From an uncultured Elusimicrobia bacterium (GTDB lineage: Bacteria; Elusimicrobiota; Elusimicrobia; UBA1565; UBA9628): 64,000 bases of DNA. The translations under genes and the position numbers were made by a program. Of the stretch, positions 9,127-18,503 are shown in pieces. Position 1 is the stretch's first letter. Each line of letters begins with the position of its first letter. The stretch is from the NCBI GenBank assembly GCA_964358485.1, contig CAYHPY010000005.1:3950-67949 (forward strand), written 5' to 3'. Under the pieces are notes generated by a model that was not told the origin of the DNA, did not search any database, and saw only the letters and a program-made list of their open reading frames with translations.

Positions 9127-10452
9127 TTAAAATTCGCTGAAATCCCGCATCTTATCCAAATTGCGGGCGACCTTCATCTGCAGGAGATTGACGTTCCAGG
9201 ACGCGAAATGGGATTCCCGGTACGGGATCGGCAGGCGGCGGACCGTGGACCGGAGGGAGTAGAATTCCCGGCGGATTTTGGCGACCCTTTCCAGCAGGCC
9301 CTGAGGAGTGAAGCGCAGGGGCTTGAAATGGCAGGACAGGCCGGGCCAGCGCTCCAGGTTTTCCTCGTCGATGATCCGCCCCTCGGCCTTCATCTTTTCA
9401 TAGACCCCGGTTCCCCGCAGGGGCACGAGGATGTTGAAATAGGCGGCCGGGACCTTGTGCTCTTCCAAAAATTCCATGGTCGCCGGAAAGACGCTCTCAT
9501 CGTCGGTGTCGGTCCCGAACACGAAGTTGAGCGAGAAGCTGATATCCCGGCGGCGCAGGTTGCCGATCATATGGACGAACTCGTGGGCCTTGTTGAAATT
9601 CTTGTTCATTCCGCGCAGGGTCCGTTGGTCGATGCTTTCGGCCCCCGTGTTGACGTGGAGCAGGCCCGAGCGCCGGGCCAGATCCATGAATTTCTCATCC
9701 ATGCAGAAATGGGCCGAGAACAAGGTGGACCAGCGGACCTTCAGGGGGATGAGGGCCTCCATCAGCTCCATGGCCTTGGTCTTGTCCCCGGAGAACTGGC
9801 TGGCCGCGAAAAAGATGTGACGGCTGCCGCAGCGCTTGACGTCGTCCACAATCTCCTCGGTCGGGCGCACCCGCCAGCCGTAATCTCCGGACAGGCGGCG
9901 TTCCGCGCAGAAATCGCAAGTGAAGGGACAGCCCCGGGAGTGGAGGATGACGTAGGGCCGGTAGAAGACGTATTTCTTCGGGTCCAGGAGGTCCCAGCGC
10001 GGGGCGGGCATGCCGCGCAGGTCCGCCGGACGGTCCCGGCGGTAGAACTTCTGGAGGCGCCCGGCGGCCGCGTCCTCCAGCATCCGGGGGAAAATCTCCT
10101 CGCCCTCACCGACGCAGATGCCGTCGGCGTGAGGGGCGGCTTCCTCATGGAAGAAGGTCATGTGGGGGCCGCCGAGCAGGACCTTGACCCCCCGCCGGCG
10201 GAACTCATCGGCGATCTCGTAGGCCCGAAGGGAGGTCACCGTGCGCACCGCGATGCCCACGACGTCGGCCCGCGTGTTGTAGTCGACCCTCTCCGTCGCG
10301 TCGTCGATGACCGACACCTCCCAATGCTTGGGCGCCAAGGCGGCCATATAGGGCAGAACGGCCCCGACCAGTTTCCGCTTGGGGAACCGATACGGGACTC
10401 GGACATCGCGGCGGCTGTAGCCCGTCGCTTGGATCAGGAGGAGTTTAGGCAT
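9127..10452 (-). CDS. Cobalamin-binding radical SAM protein
   Basis: B12 domain (LLGGPH...DGICVGEGE), SRGCPFTCDFC, TGAES, FVFG. Confidence 0.9.
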   Translation of the reverse strand: MPKLLLIQATGYSRRDVRVPYRFPKRKLVGAVLPYMAALAPKHWEVSVIDDATERVDYNTRADVVGIAVRTVTSLRAYEIADEFRRRGVKVLLGGPHMTFFHEEAAPHADGICVGEGEEIFPRMLEDAAAGRLQKFYRRDRPADLRGMPAPRWDLLDPKKYVFYRPYVILHSRGCPFTCDFCAERRLSGDYGWRVRPTEEIVDDVKRCGSRHIFFAASQFSGDKTKAMELMEALIPLKVRWSTLFSAHFCMDEKFMDLARRSGLLHVNTGAESIDQRTLRGMNKNFNKAHEFVHMIGNLRRRDISFSLNFVFGTDTDDESVFPATMEFLEEHKVPAAYFNILVPLRGTGVYEKMKAEGRIIDEENLERWPGLSCHFKPLRFTPQGLLERVAKIRREFYSLRSTVRRLPIPYRESHFASWNVNLLQMKVARNLDKMRDFSEF

Positions 10453-10527
10453 GACGGATGAGGAAGAGAAATTTTACCAGGAACCGTCCCCCTGGCCATC
10501 GGACAACTGTGCCGTGGATGAGAAACC

Positions 10528-11274
10528 TCACGACCGGACCCGGAGACTCGCCATCAGGCGCAAAGCCGCCGCCGCGTTGCGCAGACGGGCCCGAAGTCCC
10601 GCCGCGAGCTTGCTTTCCCCCCGCTCCCGCGGCAGGTAGCGGACGGGGAATTCCACGATTCTCAGGCCCTCGACTCGGGCGGCGTGCAGGACGAAAAGGT
10701 CGAAGGTAAAATCCAGCGGCCCCGCCGAGAGCCGCCCGATCAAATCCCGCCCGAAGAGCTTGGGCTGGGCGTTTATGTCGGGGGCCCGGCGAGGACTTCC
10801 GGGACCGGCCTCGGCGCTGGAAAGCCCCAGGCGCCAGGCAGAAAGGCGGCTGAAGCCCCAGGAAACGAACCGCTCCAGGGCGCCCCGCGGACCTTCGCGC
10901 CGTCCCATCACCAGGCATGGACCACTCGGGGTTTCGCGGAGATAAATGTCCCGGGCGGTCCAAATGTCATCGGGCGGGCACTGCAGGTCGGCGTGGGTGA
11001 AGGCCACGATCGGGGCCAGCGCGGACTCCAGCCCCCGGCGCAGTCCGTCCCCGTATCCCCGGTTGATTTCCACGCGCAGGACGCGGAGGAATGAATTCCC
11101 CGGAGACCGCAGAAGCGCGGCGAGGATCTCCGGAGTGGCGTCCTGGGAACCGTTATCGACCAGAATCAGCTCGAAAGCCGCGCGGCCGGAAAGCGCCCGG
11201 AATCGTTCGACGAGCGGCTCTAAGTTTCCCGCCTCGTTGTAGCAAGGGACGACGACTGAAAGTTCAGGCCGCAA
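10528..11274 (-). CDS. Family 2 glycosyltransferase (Dpm1-like)
   Basis: SVVVPCYNE, VDNGSQD, NRGYG, ADLQ, R..GESK. TTG start. Confidence 0.9.
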   Translation of the reverse strand: MRPELSVVVPCYNEAGNLEPLVERFRALSGRAAFELILVDNGSQDATPEILAALLRSPGNSFLRVLRVEINRGYGDGLRRGLESALAPIVAFTHADLQCPPDDIWTARDIYLRETPSGPCLVMGRREGPRGALERFVSWGFSRLSAWRLGLSSAEAGPGSPRRAPDINAQPKLFGRDLIGRLSAGPLDFTFDLFVLHAARVEGLRIVEFPVRYLPRERGESKLAAGLRARLRNAAAALRLMASLRVRS

Positions 11275-12811
11275 CCGGAGGCCTCGTTCCCGTAAAATAG
11301 CCGTGCCAATAGCTATACTCGGCCAAGGCCTCCGGGCTCCCCCAATTCAGGTAGGCCTCGGATTCGAAGGCCCGGACGTCCATGCCGCGCTCCAGGGCCA
11401 ACCCTGGAAGGCTGTCAATTTGAAATTCGCCGTTGACCTTGGGACCGTCGCGAAGAAGGCGCCCGACCAGTTCCCCTAATAGGCGCGCGGTCTTAAAATA
11501 GATCGTTCCAGTCAGCAGGAGATCCTTCCAAGGTTCAGGGCCGAGCGGTTTCTTGACCGAAACCGTTCTCACCCGGCCGCCCGAATCGGCTTCAAAGAAG
11601 GAAAAGCTTGCCGGCGTCCGCCGGGCGCCCGGGTAGCCCCGCTGCCCGACCACCACCATGTCGGGCCCTTGCGCCAGGAGCGCCTCCCACCGGCCCTGGT
11701 CCCAAACCAAGCCGTGGTCGCACGCCGAAACCAGGACCGCTTCGTCCGGCGCCAGGACCCCGAGGGCGGCGGCCACGGTCGCGGCCTCCCCCTCGGTCTC
11801 CGCGTCCAAGCCGATGAGCTCCGCCCCGGGAGCGGCCGAAGCGACCCGCGGACGGATGGAATTGCGACAGATCATGACCGGCGGCCGGGAACCCCGGGGA
11901 AGGCGCTCGACCGCCCGCGCGAACATCGGCCGCCCGGCCACCTCAATGAGCGGCTTGGGGTCGGGAAAAGCCGCGAAACGCGAACCTTTTCCGGCCATGG
12001 GAAGGACCAACCGGGGGCCCGGCCGCCCGTTCCGGGCGTGGGCGAGCGCCGCCGCCTCGAAGGCGCGATGCCAATAGACATAATCCTCAAGATCGGCGGG
12101 AGTGCCCCATTGGAGGAAATGGGCGAGCTCGTAAATCCGCACCGGCCGCCCATCCTGGATCATCGGATTATAGGCCAGGCTGACGAAAAACTCGCCCTGC
12201 GTGGAAAGGCCCTCGGCCACGGCGCGCGAGCAGTATTGCTTGGCCAATTTCCCCGAGGCGAAATAATAAGTCCCGGAGGACGCGTACTCTTGGGTGCGAT
12301 CGGAGGTGAAGCAGGCCTTCTCCCGGACCTCCAGGATCCGCCCGCCGCTTTCCCGGCAATAAGCGTACATGTTGGCGCCCAGGCAATGGGGATGAAAGCC
12401 CCGGTAGCAGAAGATCGCGCCCTCGCAGGCGGTGCGCTCAGCGAAATCCAGGAAATCCCCGGGATCCCAGTCGAAGGAAAAATCGCAGTAGTTGACCAGC
12501 ACCGGGTCCCCGTCGCCAATCGCCGCCGCCCCGTCCAATAGAGTTCGAACCGGCCCCTCCTTATGCCCCTTGATCCCGACGATCTCGGCGGACGGAGCGC
12601 ACTCCAGGAGCACCCGGCGCAGTTCGGTGGCCCTCAAATGCGCCTCGTCGCAGATGAAGACGAAACGCCAGGACGGAGGAAAGCGCTCGATGAGCCGGGC
12701 CACCGCGGGTTTTCCGGCCACGTCAAGCAGAGGTTTGATCTCCCGGTAGCCCTCGCGGCGGAAACGCTCCCCGGAGCCCGCCATCAAAATCACGACCCGA
12801 GGGGCGTTCAT
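11264..12811 (-). CDS. Tandem (two-domain) sugar/alcohol-phosphate nucleotidyltransferase-like protein
   Basis: Two repeats of the NTP-transferase signature (ILMAGSGERF...KPLL and LPMAGKGSRF...KPLI), each ending in L.WG(T/S)P. Start re-placed at ATG 12811 (ATGA overlap). Confidence 0.85.
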   Translation of the reverse strand: MNAPRVVILMAGSGERFRREGYREIKPLLDVAGKPAVARLIERFPPSWRFVFICDEAHLRATELRRVLLECAPSAEIVGIKGHKEGPVRTLLDGAAAIGDGDPVLVNYCDFSFDWDPGDFLDFAERTACEGAIFCYRGFHPHCLGANMYAYCRESGGRILEVREKACFTSDRTQEYASSGTYYFASGKLAKQYCSRAVAEGLSTQGEFFVSLAYNPMIQDGRPVRIYELAHFLQWGTPADLEDYVYWHRAFEAAALAHARNGRPGPRLVLPMAGKGSRFAAFPDPKPLIEVAGRPMFARAVERLPRGSRPPVMICRNSIRPRVASAAPGAELIGLDAETEGEAATVAAALGVLAPDEAVLVSACDHGLVWDQGRWEALLAQGPDMVVVGQRGYPGARRTPASFSFFEADSGGRVRTVSVKKPLGPEPWKDLLLTGTIYFKTARLLGELVGRLLRDGPKVNGEFQIDSLPGLALERGMDVRAFESEAYLNWGSPEALAEYSYWHGYFTGTRPPVAA

Positions 12812-13407
12812 GCCCACAGGTCCGGCCGTTTGGTGCAAACGGCGTCCACGCGGCCCCTCAGTCGCCGGAAATCCCGGATGCGCGACGGAGGATAGCCTTC
12901 CACTTCCGGAGACACCAGGCAAATCTTGAAATGCCGGGAGGCGCGTTCCACCAAGGAAAGCGCGGGCGGCCGGCCCGAGAAGCAATCCAGCCAGAGCCAC
13001 TCCGCCTTTCCTTTGAGGCGCGACGCCGACTCCAGGGATTCGTACTCGGACACCCGCAAGGCCACGCGCCGCTCTCCTTGCCGCAAAGCGAGACGAACCG
13101 TGGAGGGAAAGCTCAGATCGAGGAAGAAAAAACGCTCGATCCCACGCTCCCGCAGAAGCTTCAAGGCGGCCCCGTCCAGGCCGTCCTCCTTCGGATTGAG
13201 AATCAAAGTTCCCGTGCGTCCTTGCCGGGCCCAGAGGGCCAAATAGGCCTCCAACGAAGGCCCCGAAGCTTGAGGGTCGTGGGCTAAAAACACTCGACCT
13301 CCGCGGGAGCGGAGGTCGACTTCGGCTCCAAGTTCCGTCCCCAAATTTTTCAATTCGTTAAGCGTATTGACCCGGTGGGCTACAATTTCCGAGGGATCGT
13401 TTCTCAT
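12808..13407 (-). CDS. Glycerophosphodiester phosphodiesterase-like (PLC-like TIM barrel) protein
   Basis: IVAHRVN, GAEVDLR, FLAHD, LNPKE, WLWLD, VSPE, AVCTK. Confidence 0.75.
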   Translation of the reverse strand: MRNDPSEIVAHRVNTLNELKNLGTELGAEVDLRSRGGRVFLAHDPQASGPSLEAYLALWARQGRTGTLILNPKEDGLDGAALKLLRERGIERFFFLDLSFPSTVRLALRQGERRVALRVSEYESLESASRLKGKAEWLWLDCFSGRPPALSLVERASRHFKICLVSPEVEGYPPSRIRDFRRLRGRVDAVCTKRPDLWA

Positions 13408-15632
13408 TTGACTACTTCGACCGAAACCGTTTTTGATCGGGCTTCGAACCCGTTCTTAGCATAGACCGCTCGCAGGCGGTAAATTCCCAGCCCGTCAAAT
13501 TTAAACTTCGTTTCAAATTCCCGAAACGGATTTTCGGGAACGGATCGGGCCGTCAACAGATATTCCCCCGGCGCCAAGGACAAGTCGAGCGAGTCTTCGG
13601 CCTTGGCGCCGGATTTGGACCTGCACCGCAAGGCCTTTTCATTTCCCCCGGGCGCGGTAACGAAGAACTTGAAACCGTGAAATCCGCAGTTGAACCCCGT
13701 TTTCACAAAAGAGGGAGCCCGCTCCTTGAAAGCCACGGGCGAGTCCCCCGTATTCTGGAACTCCAGACGGTACCGCAAAGGTTCTCCGGCCATGATTTTG
13801 GTCTTTTCGATCAGAAACAAAAGCGTCAGCCTCGGCGCTCCCGACTCGGGAGTCCACCCCGGTCGCGGCTGAAGAACGAGAGCCTTTCGATCTTGAACTT
13901 CCGTCAGACTCGGGGGATCGAAAGGCTCGCCCTCAACCACGGTCAGCCGCCGGTCCGCCGGCACCGCGCCCAAAGACTGCTCGCGCCCGGAGGGCCAGCG
14001 GATGCGGACCTCTTCGACGCGCTCCCAGCGCCCCAGCCCGAAATGGCAGGCCAGGCTGTTCATGGACAAATAGCTTCCCCCCGCCGTGACCAGGCAGGAC
14101 TGGGTCCGCCCGTCGCCGGTCCGCACCGCCACCTTCGCCCCCACCGCATCCCGGTTGGATTTTCGCCCGCTCAAGCGGACTTGGAGCCAGTGATTGGAGT
14201 TTTGGACGGCGTTGCGCAAGAGCAGGGCCGGACCTCCGTTGGCGTTGACCGCGATGTCCAGCCGCCCGTCCCGGTCGTAATCGGCGACCGCCGCCCCGCG
14301 GGCGTTGATCGAAGCCTGGAAGGCGGGGCCCGCCGCCGCCGTGACCTCGGTGAAGGTCCCGTCCCCGTCGTTGCGGAACAACTGCATCCTTTGAGGAACC
14401 AAGAGCTCCGGAGCCTCGCGTTGTTCAAAGGTGGAGCCGTTGACGATCAGGATGTCCTGTCGGCCGTCGTTGTCGTAGTCCAGAAACGCCGTCCCCCAGC
14501 CGACGAAGTCGAGCGTCGTCTCGCCCAGCCCCGCCGGGGTGTTGCCGTCGGAGAAATGCAGGCGCTTGCCCGGGGCGTCCTTGGGGCGCTCGCGTAGGAG
14601 GTTGATGTAGAGGCTTTTTTCATGGGCGATCCATTGGGTCACGATCATGTCCCAATCCCCGTCCCCGTCATAATCCCCCAAGCCCGCCCCCATCGAACTT
14701 TTGACGTCCCCCAGCCAGGCCTCGTAGGTGGCGTCCGTGAAGCGCCCCCCGCCGGCGTTTCGAAACAGCGCGTCGGGCGTCACATCGTCGGCCACGTAGA
14801 TATCCGGGCGCCAGTCCTCATCCAGGTCGGCGAAGAGGCACTGCATGCCTTTGCGATCGTCCGCCGCCACCCCGGCCGAGCGGGCGGCCTCCGCGAAGCG
14901 GCGCCCGCCCAGATTCCGGTAAAGGCTGTTTCCGGCGGAGGGAAAGGCGAAGGGGCTCAAGGTGACCGGGATGCTGAAGCCCCCCCGCTCCACGGCGGAG
15001 GTCCGGGGCGGGTAATTCCGGTCGAACGCCACATAGCGCGGAACGTACAGATCGATCCGGCCGTCGCCGTCATAATCGGCGGCGCAGGCCCCGGCCGACC
15101 AACGGGCATCGGCCAGGCCCGCCTCGCGCGTGATCTCGGTGAATTTCCAATTCCCGTCGTTGCGGTACAGGAGGCTTCCTTCCCAACCCGTGACCAGCAG
15201 ATCCGGTCGGCCGTCATTGGCGAAGTCGGCGAATAAACAGCCCATGCCCGAACCCCGGCCGCCCACCCCGGCCTTCTGCGTGACGTCTTCAAAAGTCCCG
15301 TCGCCCCTATTCCGGTAGAGGGCGTTTTGCGGGTTTGAACCGGGCTCGGCTTTCTTGGCATCCAAGGGCCGCGCGTTGACCAGATACAGATCCTCGCGGC
15401 CGTCCCCGTCCGCGTCCCCCCAACAGGCCCCCGACCCCATGTCCTCCGGGAGCAGGGACGAGCGCCGCCCTTGGAAATGGCGAAAGGAGATTCCGGCCGG
15501 TGTCGCGGCGTCCTCAAAAAACCCCGGCGGCGCGGCCGCCCCCGAGGCGGGCCCCGAGGCGCGCCGGGACAAAAGCGCCCCCCCGGCCAGCAGGGCCGCC
15601 AAGGCCCCCGCCCACGCCCCGGCCTTGCCCAT
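13404..15632 (-). CDS. CRTAC1/ASPIC-UnbV family FG-GAP beta-propeller protein with an extra C-terminal Ig-like domain
   Basis: Repeated DxDxDGxxD loops (DADGDGRED, DYDGDGRID, DYDNDGRQD, DYDRDGRLD); UnbV segment GGSYLS...HFGLG...IRWPSG; N-terminal anchor. Start is ATG 15632 or TTG 15638. Confidence 0.9.
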   Translation of the reverse strand: MGKAGAWAGALAALLAGGALLSRRASGPASGAAAPPGFFEDAATPAGISFRHFQGRRSSLLPEDMGSGACWGDADGDGREDLYLVNARPLDAKKAEPGSNPQNALYRNRGDGTFEDVTQKAGVGGRGSGMGCLFADFANDGRPDLLVTGWEGSLLYRNDGNWKFTEITREAGLADARWSAGACAADYDGDGRIDLYVPRYVAFDRNYPPRTSAVERGGFSIPVTLSPFAFPSAGNSLYRNLGGRRFAEAARSAGVAADDRKGMQCLFADLDEDWRPDIYVADDVTPDALFRNAGGGRFTDATYEAWLGDVKSSMGAGLGDYDGDGDWDMIVTQWIAHEKSLYINLLRERPKDAPGKRLHFSDGNTPAGLGETTLDFVGWGTAFLDYDNDGRQDILIVNGSTFEQREAPELLVPQRMQLFRNDGDGTFTEVTAAAGPAFQASINARGAAVADYDRDGRLDIAVNANGGPALLLRNAVQNSNHWLQVRLSGRKSNRDAVGAKVAVRTGDGRTQSCLVTAGGSYLSMNSLACHFGLGRWERVEEVRIRWPSGREQSLGAVPADRRLTVVEGEPFDPPSLTEVQDRKALVLQPRPGWTPESGAPRLTLLFLIEKTKIMAGEPLRYRLEFQNTGDSPVAFKERAPSFVKTGFNCGFHGFKFFVTAPGGNEKALRCRSKSGAKAEDSLDLSLAPGEYLLTARSVPENPFREFETKFKFDGLGIYRLRAVYAKNGFEARSKTVSVEVVK

Positions 15633-15634
15633 GG

Positions 15635-17584
15635 TCAAAGGCCGACCACCGCCCGGTCCTCGGCCAGATCCGTGACGGGAAAAGTCGTCTTTTTATCGCC
15701 GGTGACAAAATCCGCGATGAATTGGTTGAACTTGCGGTAACGCAGGCGGGCGTTGATCGTCAGCGGCCCACGGACGCCTCTCGGGAGGACCGCCTCGTAG
15801 GAGGCGGCGTCGGAATAGCCGACGAAGATGGCCCGCTTGGTCTTTTGCCCCACCATGTCCCAAAGGTTGTGGTGCTTGATGTCGCTTCCCCCTTTGTCCA
15901 CGCCCAAGGCCCGGAAAAAGAACGCTCCCTTGTCCACGTAATTGCGGGCGTCCAACAGGCCCGACTGGAACACCAGCTTGCCCCGGGCGTCGGAGACGGT
16001 GACCTCCAGCCAGGTTTCGATGATGTCGAGCGGCCCCGTGGGCACGCCGTGCCCGGCTTTGTTGTTGGTCACGAGGACCTGCCACTTCAAACGGCCGCCC
16101 GCCGCCTTCGGCCCGAAGATTCGCACCGGAACCGCCGCCCCCTGGGCCCACCGGTCCCGAATCTCGGGGATTTCCGTTCTTCCCCTCAACCAATCCTCGG
16201 TCTGCCGAACCTGTTCCGCGTCCCCGTTGAGCCATGGGACCGCCTGATTGGCGCCGATGAAACGGTGGGAGCGATGCTTGCCGTCGGCGCCGCGCGCGGG
16301 GTCGCCCCGCGCCGGATCGGTGGAATCGACCAGCCGCATGTGGCAGTCCTTGCAAGCCAGGGATTTTTCGGGATGGCCGTCCACGTTGTACCGGCCTTTG
16401 CGCCAATCGTCGTATTGGTTTTGAAGCTGGACCCAGCCGAAATGGTTGATCTCCTTATCGATGAACTGCTTGTGGCAGGTGGCGCACAACTCGGCCGTCC
16501 CGTGAAAGCTCTTGGAAAAATCCTCCCGATGCGCCCGGGGCAGGGACCGGAGCAGAAAATAATTCAAATTTTTATCCAACACGCCCGAATAGCCCTCGAA
16601 CAGATAGTCCCGGGGCGGTTCGAGGACATAATTTCCGTTGCCGTCGGTCTTTCCGTTGAGGCCCCGAATCGAATGGCAGGCCGCGCAGGAGACGCCTTCC
16701 TCGCTGCCGGGCGCGTCCAGGCTCCGGCCGGGATTGATGTCGCCCGCAAGCAAAGAGACGGGATCGTGGCAGGCGGCGCAATAGCGGGTGGCTTCCCGGC
16801 CGTTTTCTTTCGTCATCTTCGTCTCGACGGCCCGGTAGACCAAATCGGTGGACGACCAACGGTGGGCGTTGCTTTTCCACTCCTTGTAGATTTGTTCGTG
16901 GCAATCTCCGCAAGCCTCCGATCCCATCAGGCGCCTTCGGTCCAGCACCTTCATCCCGTCCGTCGCGGCGTTGCTCGGGGCAAAAGGGTTCTTTCCGTAC
17001 TTGAAGCTGTAATCCGGGGGAGGCTCGTCCTTGTAGACGACGGGACGGTAAACGGCCGAGAGACCCGCCGTCGCCAGGACCAGGGCCGCGCACGCCCCCC
17101 CGCTCCAAGCCGCCAAGCGCCCCGCCGCCCGGGGCCAAGGAGCCGCGTCCTTGAGCCTGGAGATCGACCGGAACAGGTGATAGCCGATCAGCGCGGCGGA
17201 GGCGTAACTGCTCCACAAGTGGAGGGCCGCGGCCGAGGGCGGCAGACGCTCGCCGAAAGCGGAGCCCCACGCGGCCCAGATTCCCGTCACCGCCGAAAGC
17301 GCCGAGGCCGCCAAGGCCGAGTAGCCGATCCACACCATCACGCGTTCCGGCGAATTGTGGGCCCGGCGGGCGTGGGTCCAGCCGAAGGCCGCGAAGGCGG
17401 CGAAAAGAACCAGGCCCCCAGCGGTGTGAAGCAGGACCGAGAATTGGAGCCACGCGCTCAAACCCGGCCAAAAAGTCACCGCCGCGCCGGACGCCAATTC
17501 GAAGGTGTACAACCCGACCACGATTCCCAAAAGGGGCGCCGCCAACCGTTCCGCCTTGAGCCCGAGTTCTTCGTCACCAGACAT
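15635..17584 (-). CDS. Membrane-anchored multiheme c-type cytochrome (c554/c552-like) with an N-terminal His-bearing TM domain
   Basis: Five CxxCH motifs: CGDCH, CAACH, CAACH, CATCH, CKDCH. Conserved HxFxG and AGHxxPTG segments. N-terminal TM helices. Start re-placed at ATG 17584. Confidence 0.88.
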   Translation of the reverse strand: MSGDEELGLKAERLAAPLLGIVVGLYTFELASGAAVTFWPGLSAWLQFSVLLHTAGGLVLFAAFAAFGWTHARRAHNSPERVMVWIGYSALAASALSAVTGIWAAWGSAFGERLPPSAAALHLWSSYASAALIGYHLFRSISRLKDAAPWPRAAGRLAAWSGGACAALVLATAGLSAVYRPVVYKDEPPPDYSFKYGKNPFAPSNAATDGMKVLDRRRLMGSEACGDCHEQIYKEWKSNAHRWSSTDLVYRAVETKMTKENGREATRYCAACHDPVSLLAGDINPGRSLDAPGSEEGVSCAACHSIRGLNGKTDGNGNYVLEPPRDYLFEGYSGVLDKNLNYFLLRSLPRAHREDFSKSFHGTAELCATCHKQFIDKEINHFGWVQLQNQYDDWRKGRYNVDGHPEKSLACKDCHMRLVDSTDPARGDPARGADGKHRSHRFIGANQAVPWLNGDAEQVRQTEDWLRGRTEIPEIRDRWAQGAAVPVRIFGPKAAGGRLKWQVLVTNNKAGHGVPTGPLDIIETWLEVTVSDARGKLVFQSGLLDARNYVDKGAFFFRALGVDKGGSDIKHHNLWDMVGQKTKRAIFVGYSDAASYEAVLPRGVRGPLTINARLRYRKFNQFIADFVTGDKKTTFPVTDLAEDRAVVGL

Positions 17585-18503
17585 GCGCTTGAACCTCCGA
17601 AAGCACGATCGTTTCCCCGGCCTCGGCGCCCACCCGATAGGCGTGCGTGCCGTCCGGCCAGTCCGCCTTGATCGAATCCGCCCGGACGCGCTCCCCGAGT
17701 TCGAAACGGACGGGATTAGCACCGGCCTCTTTCCTCAAGATCAGCTTCCCCGCGAAAACGGTTACGACCGCGTTCCGAGCGGGCTCTTTGGAGGCCGCCC
17801 GGACCTCGAGCCAATGCCCCCCGGCCCGTTCGGTGTCCCCCGCGGATGGAAACGGCTCCAAAGGCTCGTCATAACGGAACGGGCGCCTGGGGCCGCCTTC
17901 GCGGCCCTCCTGCTCGGCAAATCGCCCCAGGAGGGCTTCTCCTTCCGTTTTCCGCCCGGCGGCAACCAGAGAACGCCCCAGACGGTAAAGGGCGGGGCCG
18001 TGCCGGGGGTTGAGTTCCAGGACTTTGCGCAGCTGCTTGCGCGCCGCGGGCTCCCGGCCCCCGGCTAAAAGGGCCTCCGAGAGCCGAAACCAAATGTCCG
18101 CCTCCCCGGGTTCACGCTCCGCCGCTTCCTGGAAGGCTTTGACGGCGTCCTCCGGCCGCCCGGCGCCCAAACGGGAGCGGCCGAGAAGGTAGCGCGGGCG
18201 GGGATTTTTCGGGTCCGCGGCCAGGGCCCCGATCAGGACCCTTTCGGCCTCGGCGGGCCGCCGCCGGATCAGTCGAAGCAGGCCCAGATTGGAAAGAACC
18301 GCCGGATGATTCGGCCGCGACGCCAGGAGCTCGGAGAACTCCCGTTCGGCGGTTTCCATCATCCCCAACCCCCAATGGGCCACGGCCCGGTGGTGCAGGC
18401 CGAGTTCCGCGTCCGAAAGGTCGGAGAAGTCCCCCGCGGTCGCCGGAACCGCCAAAATCAGGGCCGCCGCCGCGGCCCTAAAGAGCGCGTCCGGAGATTT
18501 CAT
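17574..18503 (-). CDS. Exported TPR protein with a C-terminal UnbV-like segment
   Basis: Signal peptide; TPR repeats (NLGLL, YLLGRS, YRLGRS); C-terminal HWLEVR...FELG...ADWPDG. Confidence 0.82.
   Translation of the reverse strand: MKSPDALFRAAAAALILAVPATAGDFSDLSDAELGLHHRAVAHWGLGMMETAEREFSELLASRPNHPAVLSNLGLLRLIRRRPAEAERVLIGALAADPKNPRPRYLLGRSRLGAGRPEDAVKAFQEAAEREPGEADIWFRLSEALLAGGREPAARKQLRKVLELNPRHGPALYRLGRSLVAAGRKTEGEALLGRFAEQEGREGGPRRPFRYDEPLEPFPSAGDTERAGGHWLEVRAASKEPARNAVVTVFAGKLILRKEAGANPVRFELGERVRADSIKADWPDGTHAYRVGAEAGETIVLSEVQAHVW

Noticed and set aside
7922-10452. Definite hopanoid cluster (hpnI/hpnJ symbols)
   Set aside because: No shc or other hpn genes are in the window, and family-level motifs cannot establish the substrate.
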